A stretch of 64,000 nucleotides of DNA. Source: Vulcanimicrobiota bacterium (lineage in GTDB: Bacteria > Vulcanimicrobiota > Vulcanimicrobiia > Eremiobacterales > Eremiobacteraceae). The stretch is from assembly GCA_963812135.1 (NCBI GenBank), contig CAWETU010000001.1, positions 1,632,001-1,696,000 of the forward strand, in the 5' to 3' direction. The position numbers were made by a program, and so were the translations under genes. The notes under the pieces are model-generated. The model had not been told where the DNA came from and made no database searches. It saw only the letters and a list, made by a program, of their open reading frames with translations. Below, one piece after another: positions 16,950 to 25,678 of this stretch (the first letter of the stretch is position 1; each line of letters opens with the position of its first letter).

Positions 16950-17937
16950 TCAGCGTTTGAACGCCTCGGGGTTGAGCGCGTTCGGGGGAGTCTCGCCGGC
17001 GAAGAACGCGATGACGTTGCGCGCGGCCATCGCGGCCATCTTGCCGCGCGTCGCGTGACTGGCGCTGCCGATATGCGGCAACAAGACGACGTTTTCAAGT
17101 TTCGCCAGGCCCGGGGCCAGTTTCGGCTCGTGTCTCGTACACGTCGAGCCCGGCGCCGGCGATCGTGCCGTCGCGCAGCGCCTCGACGAGCGCCGCCTCA
17201 TCGATGACCGGTCCGCGCGACGTGTTGATCAGACACGCCGTCGACTTCATCTTCTGCAGCGAGTCCTTGTTGATGAGATGCCGCGTCCCCGGCAGCAGCG
17301 GGGTGTGCAGCGTGACGAAATCCGAGCGCGCCAGAAGTTCCTCAAACGGCACGCGCGTCACGCGTAATTCCTTTTCGACCTCGGGCGGAGCCGGGTATTC
17401 GTCCGAATACAGCACCGTCATGTCAAAGCCAAGCGCGCGACGCGCCACACCGCGCCCGATCCGTCCAAAGCCGACGATGCCGAGGGTCGCGTGATGGACA
17501 TCGTGGCCGAGCAGCTGCATGATGCCCCAGCCATCCCACGTGCCGGTGCGCATCAGCCGATCGCCCTCGGCGAGCCGGCGCGCGGTGCACAGCAGCAACG
17601 AGAAGGCCAGGTCGGCGGTGGTGTCGTCGAGCACGCCGGGCGTGTTCGTCATGACGACGCCGGCGCGCGTTCCGGCAGGGACGTCGAGATTGTCGTAGCC
17701 CACCGCGACGTTGGCGACGATGCGCACGCGCGGCGCCGCTTCAAGCACCTGGGCATCCACTTTTTCGGTGAGCAGACAGACAAGCGCATCGGCGTCTTCG
17801 CAGCCGCGGATCAGCTCCTCGCGGGTCGGAGCGCGGTCGGCCGGCCAGACGTCGACCTCGGTGTGCGCTTCGAGCAGCTCGAGGCCGGCGTCGGGGATGA
17901 CGCGCGACACGAAGACGCGAGGTTTCGAGGGGCTCAC
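16950..17937 (-). pseudogene. D-2-hydroxyacid dehydrogenase (glyoxylate/hydroxypyruvate reductase, GyaR-like) with a one-base frameshift near 17133 (real lesion or assembly error)
   Basis: AVGYDN, NTPGVL, GFGRIG and INTSRGPV in one frame; HEPKLAPGL...LPHIGSA continues in another frame after GAC GTG TAC GAG [A] CAC GAG. Confidence 0.85.
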
Positions 17938-17946
17938 AAGCCGGCG

Positions 17947-18774
17947 CTACGCGAGCGCGGCGTTTTTCGCGCGGCCGCTGTAGCCGAGTTTCGCCGAGAT
18001 CTCTTGCGCCGCGGCGACGACGTGCTTGATGACGCGATCGCGCGGCAGCTGTTGCTGGCCGAACTTCGGCACCGCGACCGAGATCGCCGCAACCGGTCGG
18101 CCGGAGTAGTTGAACAGCGGCGCCCCGACGCAATACAAACCTTCTTCGGTCTCTTCGTTGTCCTCGGCGTATCCTTGGCGTCGGACCTTTTCGAGCTCTT
18201 GACGCAGCAACTCTGGATCGGTGATCGTGTTCTTCGTATAGCGGGCCAACGGCTTGCTGGCGATGACGCGATCGATGTCTGCGCGGTCCAGGTGAGCGAG
18301 CAATGCCTTGCCGATGCCCGTCGAGTGCATGGGACGGCGCGCGCCGATGTCGGCGTACATCTTGACCGGTCTGCGACCGTCGACTTTTTCGATGTAGACC
18401 AGCTCGGTGTCGTCCAAGACCCCCAGCAGGACGGTCTCGCCCAAGGCCACCGCGAGCTGCTCCAGCACCGGTTTGGCGACCGTATGGGCCTCCATCGAGC
18501 GCAGGATGCCGCAGCCTACCTCGAAGGCCTTGATGCCCAGGGAATAGCGGGCATTATCGGGGTTCCATTTGACGAAGCCGCGCGCGCGGAGCGTCTGGAG
18601 GATGCGGTGGACGCTGCTTTTCGATAGCCCGATGGCTTGGCCAAGCTCGCGCACGCCGACTTCTTTGCTCTGCGTCCCCAAATACTCGAGGATGACGAGC
18701 GCACGATCGACCGAGTTGACCTTCGACTCGCCGCGCGGTTTTGCAGCGGCGGCTTCTCCGGACGAAATAACCAC
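17947..18774 (-). CDS. IclR-family transcriptional regulator
   Basis: SVDRALVILE, LSKSSVHRILQTL HTH, HSTGIGKALLA and CVGAPLF; GGAGGAG RBS before the GTG at 18774. Confidence 0.93.
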   Translation of the reverse strand: MVISSGEAAAAKPRGESKVNSVDRALVILEYLGTQSKEVGVRELGQAIGLSKSSVHRILQTLRARGFVKWNPDNARYSLGIKAFEVGCGILRSMEAHTVAKPVLEQLAVALGETVLLGVLDDTELVYIEKVDGRRPVKMYADIGARRPMHSTGIGKALLAHLDRADIDRVIASKPLARYTKNTITDPELLRQELEKVRRQGYAEDNEETEEGLYCVGAPLFNYSGRPVAAISVAVPKFGQQQLPRDRVIKHVVAAAQEISAKLGYSGRAKNAALA

Positions 18775-18943
18775 GCTCTCCTCCAACCACCTCGGGACCA
18801 CTGCGCTCGCTCGGGGAGCGCAAAGCACCGGCCGTTCTATGCGGCCGATGCTCGCTGGGACACTTCGTAACGGGACGGCTCTTGGCTCACATCCGCATCG
18901 GTTCCTGTCTGCGAAACGCCTGGCCGGAGGCGGTCCGCAGCGT

Positions 18944-19285
18944 CTATACGTGAACCATCGTAATATTAAAGGGCGTCTGCTGTCCGGCCGTGATGTGGAC
19001 TTGCCCCGAGAAGTCCTGGTAGCCAGTGGCCGTCGCGGTCACGGTCTCGTTGACGCCGGTGGGATCAGCCGGCACGGTCGAGATCTTAAAGGTGCCGTCC
19101 GCCGCGCTGACGGTGCAGTCGACGACGGCGACGCACACCTTGACGCCGGCGAGCGGTCCGGTGCTCGCTGACACGACGCCGGCAACCGAACCGTAGTCAC
19201 CAGTGGGCGCGGCGGGATTCGGGCACCCCGCAAGACTGATCGCGGCAATGCATACGAGTACGAGAAGCGATCGTTGAACCATCAC
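18944..19285 (-). CDS. Lipoprotein with a carboxypeptidase-regulatory-like (transthyretin-like) domain
   Basis: Lipobox LAGC; GSVAGVV, ADGTFKISTVP and VTATATGY. Confidence 0.75.
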   Translation of the reverse strand: MMVQRSLLVLVCIAAISLAGCPNPAAPTGDYGSVAGVVSASTGPLAGVKVCVAVVDCTVSAADGTFKISTVPADPTGVNETVTATATGYQDFSGQVHITAGQQTPFNITMVHV

Positions 19286-19349
19286 GTTTTCTTTGACCTC
19301 CGGGCTCGCCCGCGTCCGAGGGTTCCTCCGGCCGCTATTGTGTGCCTGC

Positions 19350-19379
19350 GCGCGGTTGAATAAATTCGACCGCTACATC
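19350..19379. repeat. REP-like palindrome family A (GTAG-type)
   Basis: GCGCGGTTGAATAAATTCGACCGCTACATC, 29/30 identical to 29010-29039. Confidence 0.85.
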
Positions 19380-20154
19380 AAGGCGCGAAGAGGCGGCGCG
19401 CGATCAGCAGCGCCAGCAAGCCGCCGAAGAAGAACACGGCGATGACCGCCACGAGGTCGCGCAATCCGGAGCGGGCGGCCGACGCCCCGCCGCACACCGC
19501 TTGCACGGCCTTGCCAAGCTCGAGATCGAGCCGTGCGATGCCGCTCGACGGCAAACCGTCAACGTGCCGCGCGATCGCGACCAATTGGACGGGCGTCCAG
19601 CCGGCATCGTCGACGAAATAGGCGATTTTCCCGTCCGGCCCGGCGATCACCGTGCGCTGGCTGTGCAGCAATTCGCCGCCGGCGCCGGCCACGACCGAAA
19701 CGCCCAGCGGTTTGGCAAACGAGTCGACGAGCGCTGCAGGCCCGATGAGCAGCCGCACGTTCGGCGCCCGAACGTCGTGCGCGCGCGCGTAATTCGCAAT
19801 CGCCGCTTGCGAATCGCGCTCGGGGTCGATGCTGATCTCCAGCAACTCGAAGCGATCGGCGGGCAACTGGGCGGCCACCCGGCCGAACTTGTCCGTCAGC
19901 AGCGGGCATTGATCGCGGCAGTTCGTGTAGATGAAGCCGATGATCACGGTTCGGCCGCGCAGATCGGCGATGCGCAGCGGCCGGCCGTTTTGGTCCGTAT
20001 ATGCGGCGTTCGGCAAGAGGTCGCCCACTGCGAGCGGATGCGCCGGCTGGTCGAATGGATTTGGGGCCGGCGTGGCAGCTGCGGCCGGGCGCGCTGAGGC
20101 CGCGAGGCCCGCAAGGGCCAGTGCACAGACCCCCGCGAACTTCGCCAAACGCAT
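19378..20154 (-). CDS. SCO family copper chaperone with C-terminal membrane anchor
   Basis: FIYTNCRDQCP (CxxxC), ISIDPERD and LLHS; signal peptide from MRLAKF; hydrophobic C-terminus. Confidence 0.88.
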   Translation of the reverse strand: MRLAKFAGVCALALAGLAASARPAAAATPAPNPFDQPAHPLAVGDLLPNAAYTDQNGRPLRIADLRGRTVIIGFIYTNCRDQCPLLTDKFGRVAAQLPADRFELLEISIDPERDSQAAIANYARAHDVRAPNVRLLIGPAALVDSFAKPLGVSVVAGAGGELLHSQRTVIAGPDGKIAYFVDDAGWTPVQLVAIARHVDGLPSSGIARLDLELGKAVQAVCGGASAARSGLRDLVAVIAVFFFGGLLALLIARRLFAP

Positions 20155-20737
20155 GGAGATGCTCACCTCGCGCGAACGCCGCGAAGTCCTCGCGATGCGG
20201 CCTTGGAAGCCGGAGGAGCGGCGCGTCGTGTGGCACGGTGCGACCGGGCGTTTCATCGTCGCGCTAGAGCCTGCGATCATCGCGCTCCTGTTCGGCGTCT
20301 TCACGTTGGCCATCGCGCACGTGTCCGGCACTGCAGAGCATAAAGGATACATCTACTTCGCGTGGGTGTTCGGGTTCGGCGCCGTCAGCTTCACACTGTA
20401 CGCCGTCGCGCTGCTCGTCAATCCGATCCGCACGCTGCTGCAGATGCGCCAACCCATCTTCATCGTGGACGGCTACGTCCGCACACGCGAACCCGATCAA
20501 CGTTCCGAGCCCGGCAGCAGCGGCTACATCGCCGTCGTTCTCGCCGACCGCCGCGTGGCGTGTGAGTGGCCGGCCATCGGCGAGCGCTCGTTGCCCGACG
20601 AGGAGTATCCGGCGTTCATGGAGTTCAGCGAATTCGGCGGCATCCACAGCGTGGACGGCCACGGCACGGGCGTGCTGCCCGATGAATTCCCCGCGCTGGG
20701 CGTCGGCGGCGCGCGGCCCCCAAAAAATAGCCGTTAG
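20153..20737 (+). CDS. Hypothetical membrane protein (two TM segments plus soluble domain)
   Basis: Native codon usage from ATG 20153/20159 and two hydrophobic helices. The upstream part of the listed ORF is the antisense shadow of SCO. Confidence 0.7.
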   Translation: MEMLTSRERREVLAMRPWKPEERRVVWHGATGRFIVALEPAIIALLFGVFTLAIAHVSGTAEHKGYIYFAWVFGFGAVSFTLYAVALLVNPIRTLLQMRQPIFIVDGYVRTREPDQRSEPGSSGYIAVVLADRRVACEWPAIGERSLPDEEYPAFMEFSEFGGIHSVDGHGTGVLPDEFPALGVGGARPPKNSR

Positions 20738-20931
20738 ACGAGGCTTCCCGACAACGGGATCTTCGGTGTGTCCTCAGCGGGCCAATAGTGGTTGGTGCCC
20801 GCTCCCACGATCGAGATCGCGCCCATGAAGACGATCAAGAAGAGGCCGACGACCGCGAACCAGCGGACCACCGGCGGAATGCCGCGACTTTTCGGGATCT
20901 CGTAGCTCGAAGTCTCTGCGCCGAGCGCCAT
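20734..20931 (-). CDS. Small single-TM protein, candidate oxidase accessory subunit
   Basis: 65 aa, AAGGAAGG RBS, one TM helix, last gene of the cox string. Confidence 0.7.
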   Translation of the reverse strand: MALGAETSSYEIPKSRGIPPVVRWFAVVGLFLIVFMGAISIVGAGTNHYWPAEDTPKIPLSGSLV

Positions 20932-20943
20932 GGCGGCCTTCCT

Positions 20944-21141
20944 TTACTGCTTGCCCGTGAAGCCGAGCGCGACGGTCAACACGATGATGCATCCAAGCGT
21001 GAGCAGCGCCATCATGATCTTCGTGACCTGATCTTCCAGGTTTTGCTTCGGCCATTCCTCGTAGAGCGCCTTGAGCGCGAAGAAAGCGACCACCAGCGCG
21101 CCAAGGCCGGCGATGATCTTGAAGAACAGCGTGCCATCCAT
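20944..21141 (-). CDS. Small two-TM protein, candidate oxidase subunit IV-like
   Basis: 65 aa, GAGGAAG RBS directly after the coxC stop, two TM helices. Confidence 0.75.
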   Translation of the reverse strand: MDGTLFFKIIAGLGALVVAFFALKALYEEWPKQNLEDQVTKIMMALLTLGCIIVLTVALGFTGKQ

Positions 21142-21152
21142 CTCTTCTTCCT

Positions 21153-21737
21153 CTAATACACGTAGAACAGGAAGAACAGCGCGACCCAGATGACGTCGAC
21201 GAAGTGCCAGTATAGGGTCGCTGCGGTGAGCCCGAAGAAGCGTTGCTGGTTATAGACGCCGCGCCGCGTCTGCCAGAGCACCGTGCACAGGAAGATCACG
21301 CCGATGAAGACGTGGAAGCCGTGCATGCCGGTCAGCGTGAAGAACGACGCGCCGAAGGTACTGCCGGCCCAGGTGTCATGCAGATGCGTGTACTCGTAGG
21401 CTTGGCCCGACAAGAACCCGATGCCGAGCACGATCGTCGCGATGACGAAACCGGTGAAGCGCGACCGGTTCGCATGCCGCCACGCTTCCATCGCCAAATG
21501 CATGGTGACGCCTGACCCGAACAGCACGATCGAGTTCACGGCTGCGAGGTACAGGCCGGGGCGCTCGACGCCCGGCGGCGGCCAGTCGGGCGACGCCGCG
21601 CGGATGTACAGATACCCGAAGATGAACGAGCAGAACAGTATCGAGTCGGAGACCAGGAAGAACAAAAAGCCGAGCAGCCGGTGGCCGCGTACTTCTTCGT
21701 ATTCCTCGTCGCTGATCTGCAGCGCGTGCGTGGCCAT
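21153..21737 (-). CDS. ctaE: Cytochrome c oxidase subunit III (short form)
   Basis: FLSGQAYEY, FFTLTGMHGFHV and YWHFVDVIW. Confidence 0.93.
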   Translation of the reverse strand: MATHALQISDEEYEEVRGHRLLGFLFFLVSDSILFCSFIFGYLYIRAASPDWPPPGVERPGLYLAAVNSIVLFGSGVTMHLAMEAWRHANRSRFTGFVIATIVLGIGFLSGQAYEYTHLHDTWAGSTFGASFFTLTGMHGFHVFIGVIFLCTVLWQTRRGVYNQQRFFGLTAATLYWHFVDVIWVALFFLFYVY

Positions 21738-21740
21738 CGG

Positions 21741-23423
21741 CTATGCCACCGGCTTCGTAGCGAGATCTTGGGAGATATTCGCATACGGCAGCGGCTTGCC
21801 GTAATCGTACGGGCCGGACAGGACGATCGGGATCTCGGCGAAGTTGTAATACGGCGGCGGCGACGACGTCATCCACTCCAGCGTGCGGGCGCCCCACGGA
21901 TTTGGCCCCGCGACCTTGCCGCGCGTCGCGCTGAGGATGGCGTTTATGGCGAACAGCAGCATCGAGGCGCCGAGCACGAAAGCAGAGATCGAGACGAACA
22001 CGTTGGTGTGGGTGATAAAATTGAGCAGCGGACCTGAGCTGAACTGCTGGTCATACGTCGCGACGCGGCGCGGCATGCCGAGCAATCCGAGCCAGTGCAT
22101 CGGTAGGAAGGTCGCGTTGAACGCTAAGAACATCAGCCAAAAGTGCCATTTGCCCAGGCGCTCGTCCAGAATTCGCCCGGTCATCTTCGGCCACCAGTAA
22201 TAGAGGCCAGCGAAAAGCGTGAATACGCTGCCGCCCACCAGCACGTAATGGAGATGCGCCACGATGAAATAGGTCCCGTGTTCGTGGACGTCCGCCGGCA
22301 CCGATGCGAGCATCACGCCCGTGATGCCGCCGAAGGTGAACGTCGAGAGAAAACCGAGGACGAAGAGCAGCGGCGTGCTCAAGCGGACATGACCGCGCCA
22401 GAACGTCGCCACCCATGAGAATATCTTGATGCCGGTCGGGATCGCGACCGCCATCGTCATGATCATGAACGGCAGCTGCACCCATTGCGCGAGTCCGCTG
22501 GTGAACATATGGTGTGCCCACACCATGAACGAAACGAGGCCGATCGCGACCGACGAATACGCAATGGCCTTGTAGCCGAAGATCGGCCGGCGCACGAAGG
22601 TCGGGATGATCTCCGAGACGATGCCGAAACCCGGCAGGATCATGATGTAGACCGCCGGGTGCGAGTAGAACCAGAAGACGTGCTGCCACAGCACCGGGTC
22701 GCCGCCTTTGGTCGGGTCGTAGAACGGCACCCCGAACACTTTCTCGATGAACAGTCCGGCGAGTGCTGCGGAGAGATTGGCGGTCGCGATGGCCGACAGG
22801 AACGCGGTGACCATCGTGGCCCACACGAAGAGCGGCATGCGCGTCCAGGTCATGCCGGGGGCGCGCATCTTGATGATGGTCACCATGAAGTTGATGCCGG
22901 TGATGGTGCTCGACACGCCGATCAAAAAGACGCCTGCGCACCACAGCGCGGTCCCCGGCGTGTGCAAGCTCACCGGCGGATACTCGGTCCAGCCTGCCTG
23001 CGGCGCGCCGTACAGGAAGCTCAAGAAGATGAGCAGACCCGCCGGCGGGAAGAGCCAGAAGCTGAACATGTTGAGCCAGGGAAACGCGACGTCGCGGGCG
23101 CCGATCTGCAGCGGCATGACCAAGTTGCCGAAGGCGCCGGTCATGAGGGGGATGATAACCAGCCATACCATGGCGGTTCCGTGGATGCTGTACGCCTCGT
23201 TGAAGGTCTGCGGGCTGAGCACGTTGTTGTGCGGCTGCATGAGCTGGACGCGGACCAGCTCGGCGAGCAGGCCCGCAAGCACGAAGAACAGGCCGGCCGT
23301 GATGAAATACTGGACCGCAATGACCTTGTGGTCGAAGCTGATGACATACTTCGAGATGAAGCCTTGCGGCGGCGGATGGATATGCGCGTGGCTGGCTTCG
23401 CGTTGCAGGTCGGAGATTGCCAT
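21741..23423 (-). CDS. ctaD: Cytochrome c oxidase subunit I (A2-type)
   Basis: DHKVI, HGTAM, FWFYSHPAVY, WAHHMF, AHLHY and GMPRR. Confidence 0.97.
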   Translation of the reverse strand: MAISDLQREASHAHIHPPPQGFISKYVISFDHKVIAVQYFITAGLFFVLAGLLAELVRVQLMQPHNNVLSPQTFNEAYSIHGTAMVWLVIIPLMTGAFGNLVMPLQIGARDVAFPWLNMFSFWLFPPAGLLIFLSFLYGAPQAGWTEYPPVSLHTPGTALWCAGVFLIGVSSTITGINFMVTIIKMRAPGMTWTRMPLFVWATMVTAFLSAIATANLSAALAGLFIEKVFGVPFYDPTKGGDPVLWQHVFWFYSHPAVYIMILPGFGIVSEIIPTFVRRPIFGYKAIAYSSVAIGLVSFMVWAHHMFTSGLAQWVQLPFMIMTMAVAIPTGIKIFSWVATFWRGHVRLSTPLLFVLGFLSTFTFGGITGVMLASVPADVHEHGTYFIVAHLHYVLVGGSVFTLFAGLYYWWPKMTGRILDERLGKWHFWLMFLAFNATFLPMHWLGLLGMPRRVATYDQQFSSGPLLNFITHTNVFVSISAFVLGASMLLFAINAILSATRGKVAGPNPWGARTLEWMTSSPPPYYNFAEIPIVLSGPYDYGKPLPYANISQDLATKPVA

Positions 23424-23443
23424 CTGAGCCTTGCGTCCCTCTT

Positions 23444-24538
23444 CTATTTGTGCAGCGACTGGAGGTAGGTGACCACGTCGGCAATATCTTTGGGCGTCAG
23501 TTGATTGACGTGTGCGCTTGGCATCTGGCCCATATCGCCGGCGAAGCCGTTTTCCACGATGTCAGCGACATCTGCCGGGTCGGCGGGCTTGTTGTCGACG
23601 AGCGTCGGGTGATCGGGGTCGTGAAACAGGTTACCGAGGCCGGGCCCGACCTTGCGCTGCTCGAAAGTGCCTGTGCCGTGACACGCGGTGCATTTCTGTG
23701 CGAACAGACGCGCGCCGGCGGATGCGTCACCTTGTGCCAGCGGTATCGTCACCGGCGTGCTGCTCGTCGCTTGCGCGATGCGCTGGGCCGCGAACCACTT
23801 GTCGAAATCGGCCTGCGACTCGACGACCACCCTCCCCACCATTTCGGAGTGCCCGAGGCCGCAGAACTCGGTGCAGATGATCCGATACGTGCCGATGCGC
23901 GTCGGGGTGAAGTGGATCGGCACGATCATGCCGGGGATCATGTCTTGCTTGACGCGGAACTCGGGCACCCAGAACGAGTGGATGACCGCATTGCGGATGT
24001 CGGGCTCGGTCGAGGTCAGGTCGATGGTGACCTGTTTGCCGATCGGCAGGTGCATCTCGTTGACGACGGTCTGCTTGAGGCCCGGGTAGCGGAACTCGTA
24101 GTAAAACGTGTGGCCGATCGCCTCGATGGTCGCGACGCTCGCCGCGCTCGCGAGGTAATACTTGGGCATCACGACGTAGCTGAGCACACCGAGGATGAGC
24201 ATCAAGATGGACGGGATGATCGTCCACGCCGCCTCGAGCGCGGGCTGATCATGGATGGGCGAGCCGACGGCCATGAGGTCGTCGCCCTTGCGCGTGTGAT
24301 AGCGCCAGGCGAAGTAGAGCAAGTAGCCGTTGACGTACACGATGATCGGCACGCTGAAGAACGCCATGAACCGGAAGAGGAAGTCGATGTCGGTGGCGGC
24401 TGACGAGGCGCGCGGCAGGTAGTCGTCGATAGGGAAAACGACGACTCCCCACATGAGAAGGCCGCTGATGACCGTCAAGATCAGCGTCACTGACCAGAAT
24501 TCGGTGTCGAGCAGTGGCGCCTTGTGCGTTTGATTCAG
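23444..24538 (-). CDS. ctaC: Cytochrome c oxidase subunit II with fused cytochrome c (caa3 type)
   Basis: CuA ligands HSFW...CTEFCGLGHSEM; C-terminal CTACH...QMP. Probable CTG start at 24538 behind GGGAG; the listed GTG at 24490 is the alternative. Confidence 0.93.
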   Translation of the reverse strand: MNQTHKAPLLDTEFWSVTLILTVISGLLMWGVVVFPIDDYLPRASSAATDIDFLFRFMAFFSVPIIVYVNGYLLYFAWRYHTRKGDDLMAVGSPIHDQPALEAAWTIIPSILMLILGVLSYVVMPKYYLASAASVATIEAIGHTFYYEFRYPGLKQTVVNEMHLPIGKQVTIDLTSTEPDIRNAVIHSFWVPEFRVKQDMIPGMIVPIHFTPTRIGTYRIICTEFCGLGHSEMVGRVVVESQADFDKWFAAQRIAQATSSTPVTIPLAQGDASAGARLFAQKCTACHGTGTFEQRKVGPGLGNLFHDPDHPTLVDNKPADPADVADIVENGFAGDMGQMPSAHVNQLTPKDIADVVTYLQSLHK

Positions 24539-24613
24539 CGCTGACGTCTCCCGGCGGAGCGCTTACACGGCACCGCGGGCGCATCCTCGCTCAGGCGTGC
24601 GAGTTTTGTCATG

Positions 24614-24698
24614 TGCCGAAGGTGGGAATCGAACCCACATGAGGGGTAACCTCGCGCGATTTTGAGTCGCGTGCGTCTGCCAGTTCCGCCACTTCGGC
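24614..24698 (-). tRNA. tRNA-Leu (CAA)
   Basis: Reverse complement GCCGAAGTGGCGGAACTGGCAGACGC..., anticodon arm CGCGA-CT-CAA-AA-TCGCG, long variable arm, GGTTCGATTCCC. Confidence 0.96.
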
Positions 24699-24732
24699 TC
24701 GCTCTGTCGCCGAGCTCTCGCTCGGCGTCGAC

Positions 24733-24756
24733 ACCCGAGCTTCGCTCGGGTCCTAC
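24733..24756. repeat. REP-like palindrome family B (GTAG-type)
   Basis: Minus strand GTAGG-ACCCGAGC-GAA-GCTCGGGT; a related hairpin CGCCGAGC-TCTC-GCTCGGCG lies at 24708-24727. Confidence 0.7.
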
Positions 24757-24772
24757 GTTTATCTTGTGAGCG

Positions 24773-25678
24773 TCAGGCGCCGAAGCCATGTCCCAGCCGG
24801 TCGACCACCATGGCGACGAACAGCAGCGCGAGATAGAGCATCGAGTACTTGTACATCGTGCGCTCTGCGGCGATCGTGCCGATATTCGCCACGCGCAAGG
24901 CATACAAAAGGAAGAGCGCATCGAGCACCAGCGCGCTTGCGAGATAGACGACCCCCATGACGTGCAGCGGTGTCAGCGCGAGGGTCAGCAGCACCAGGGC
25001 CACGCTGTAGACGACGATATGCCGCTTGGTCACCGCGTCGCCGCGGATCACCGGCAGCATCGGGATGCCGATTTTCGCATACTCGCCCTTGGCGATCAGC
25101 GCGAGCGCCCAGAAATGAGGCGGCGTCCACAGGAAGATGATCAGGAACAGGAGCGCAGCCGTGAGATCGAGATGGCCCGTGACCGCCGCCCAGCCGACCA
25201 AGGGCGGCACGGCGCCGGCGGCGCCACCGATGACGATGTTCTGCACGCTGGTGCGCTTGAGCCATAGCGTGTACACGCCCACGTAGAACGTGATGCCCGC
25301 GAGCGCCAACAGCGCGGCCAGGAGGTTGACGCTGAGCGCGAGCACGGCGAACGACGCCACGCCGAGCGCGAGTCCGAAGATCAACGCGTGATGGGCCGGC
25401 AGCCGGCCGCTCGGGATCGGTCGCGCGCGCGTCCGCGTCATGACGGCGTCGATGTCGCGGTCGAAATACATGTTGAGCGCGCCGGACGCACCCGCCGCCA
25501 AGGCGCCGCCGAGCAGCGTCCACAGCACGAGCAACGGCGCCGGCATGCCGCGCTGCGCGATGACCATCGCCATCAACGTCGTGAACAGCAGCAGCGACAT
25601 GACGTTGGGCTTGGTGAGGGCGACATAGTCGCGCAATGTGGCGCGGGCGCCGCTCAGGGTGAGCGCTGCGGTGCTCAT
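24773..25678 (-). CDS. ctaB: Protoheme IX farnesyltransferase (heme o synthase)
   Basis: LTKPNV, NMYFDRDIDAVMTRTRARPIPSG and LWTPPHFWALA; ATG at 25678 overlaps the ctaA stop. Confidence 0.95.
   Translation of the reverse strand: MSTAALTLSGARATLRDYVALTKPNVMSLLLFTTLMAMVIAQRGMPAPLLVLWTLLGGALAAGASGALNMYFDRDIDAVMTRTRARPIPSGRLPAHHALIFGLALGVASFAVLALSVNLLAALLALAGITFYVGVYTLWLKRTSVQNIVIGGAAGAVPPLVGWAAVTGHLDLTAALLFLIIFLWTPPHFWALALIAKGEYAKIGIPMLPVIRGDAVTKRHIVVYSVALVLLTLALTPLHVMGVVYLASALVLDALFLLYALRVANIGTIAAERTMYKYSMLYLALLFVAMVVDRLGHGFGA

Noticed and set aside
16930..16952. Selenocysteine recoding at the in-frame TGA before glycerate kinase
   Set aside because: The position corresponds to a normal dehydrogenase C-terminus rather than a Cys-equivalent site, and no convincing SECIS hairpin follows.
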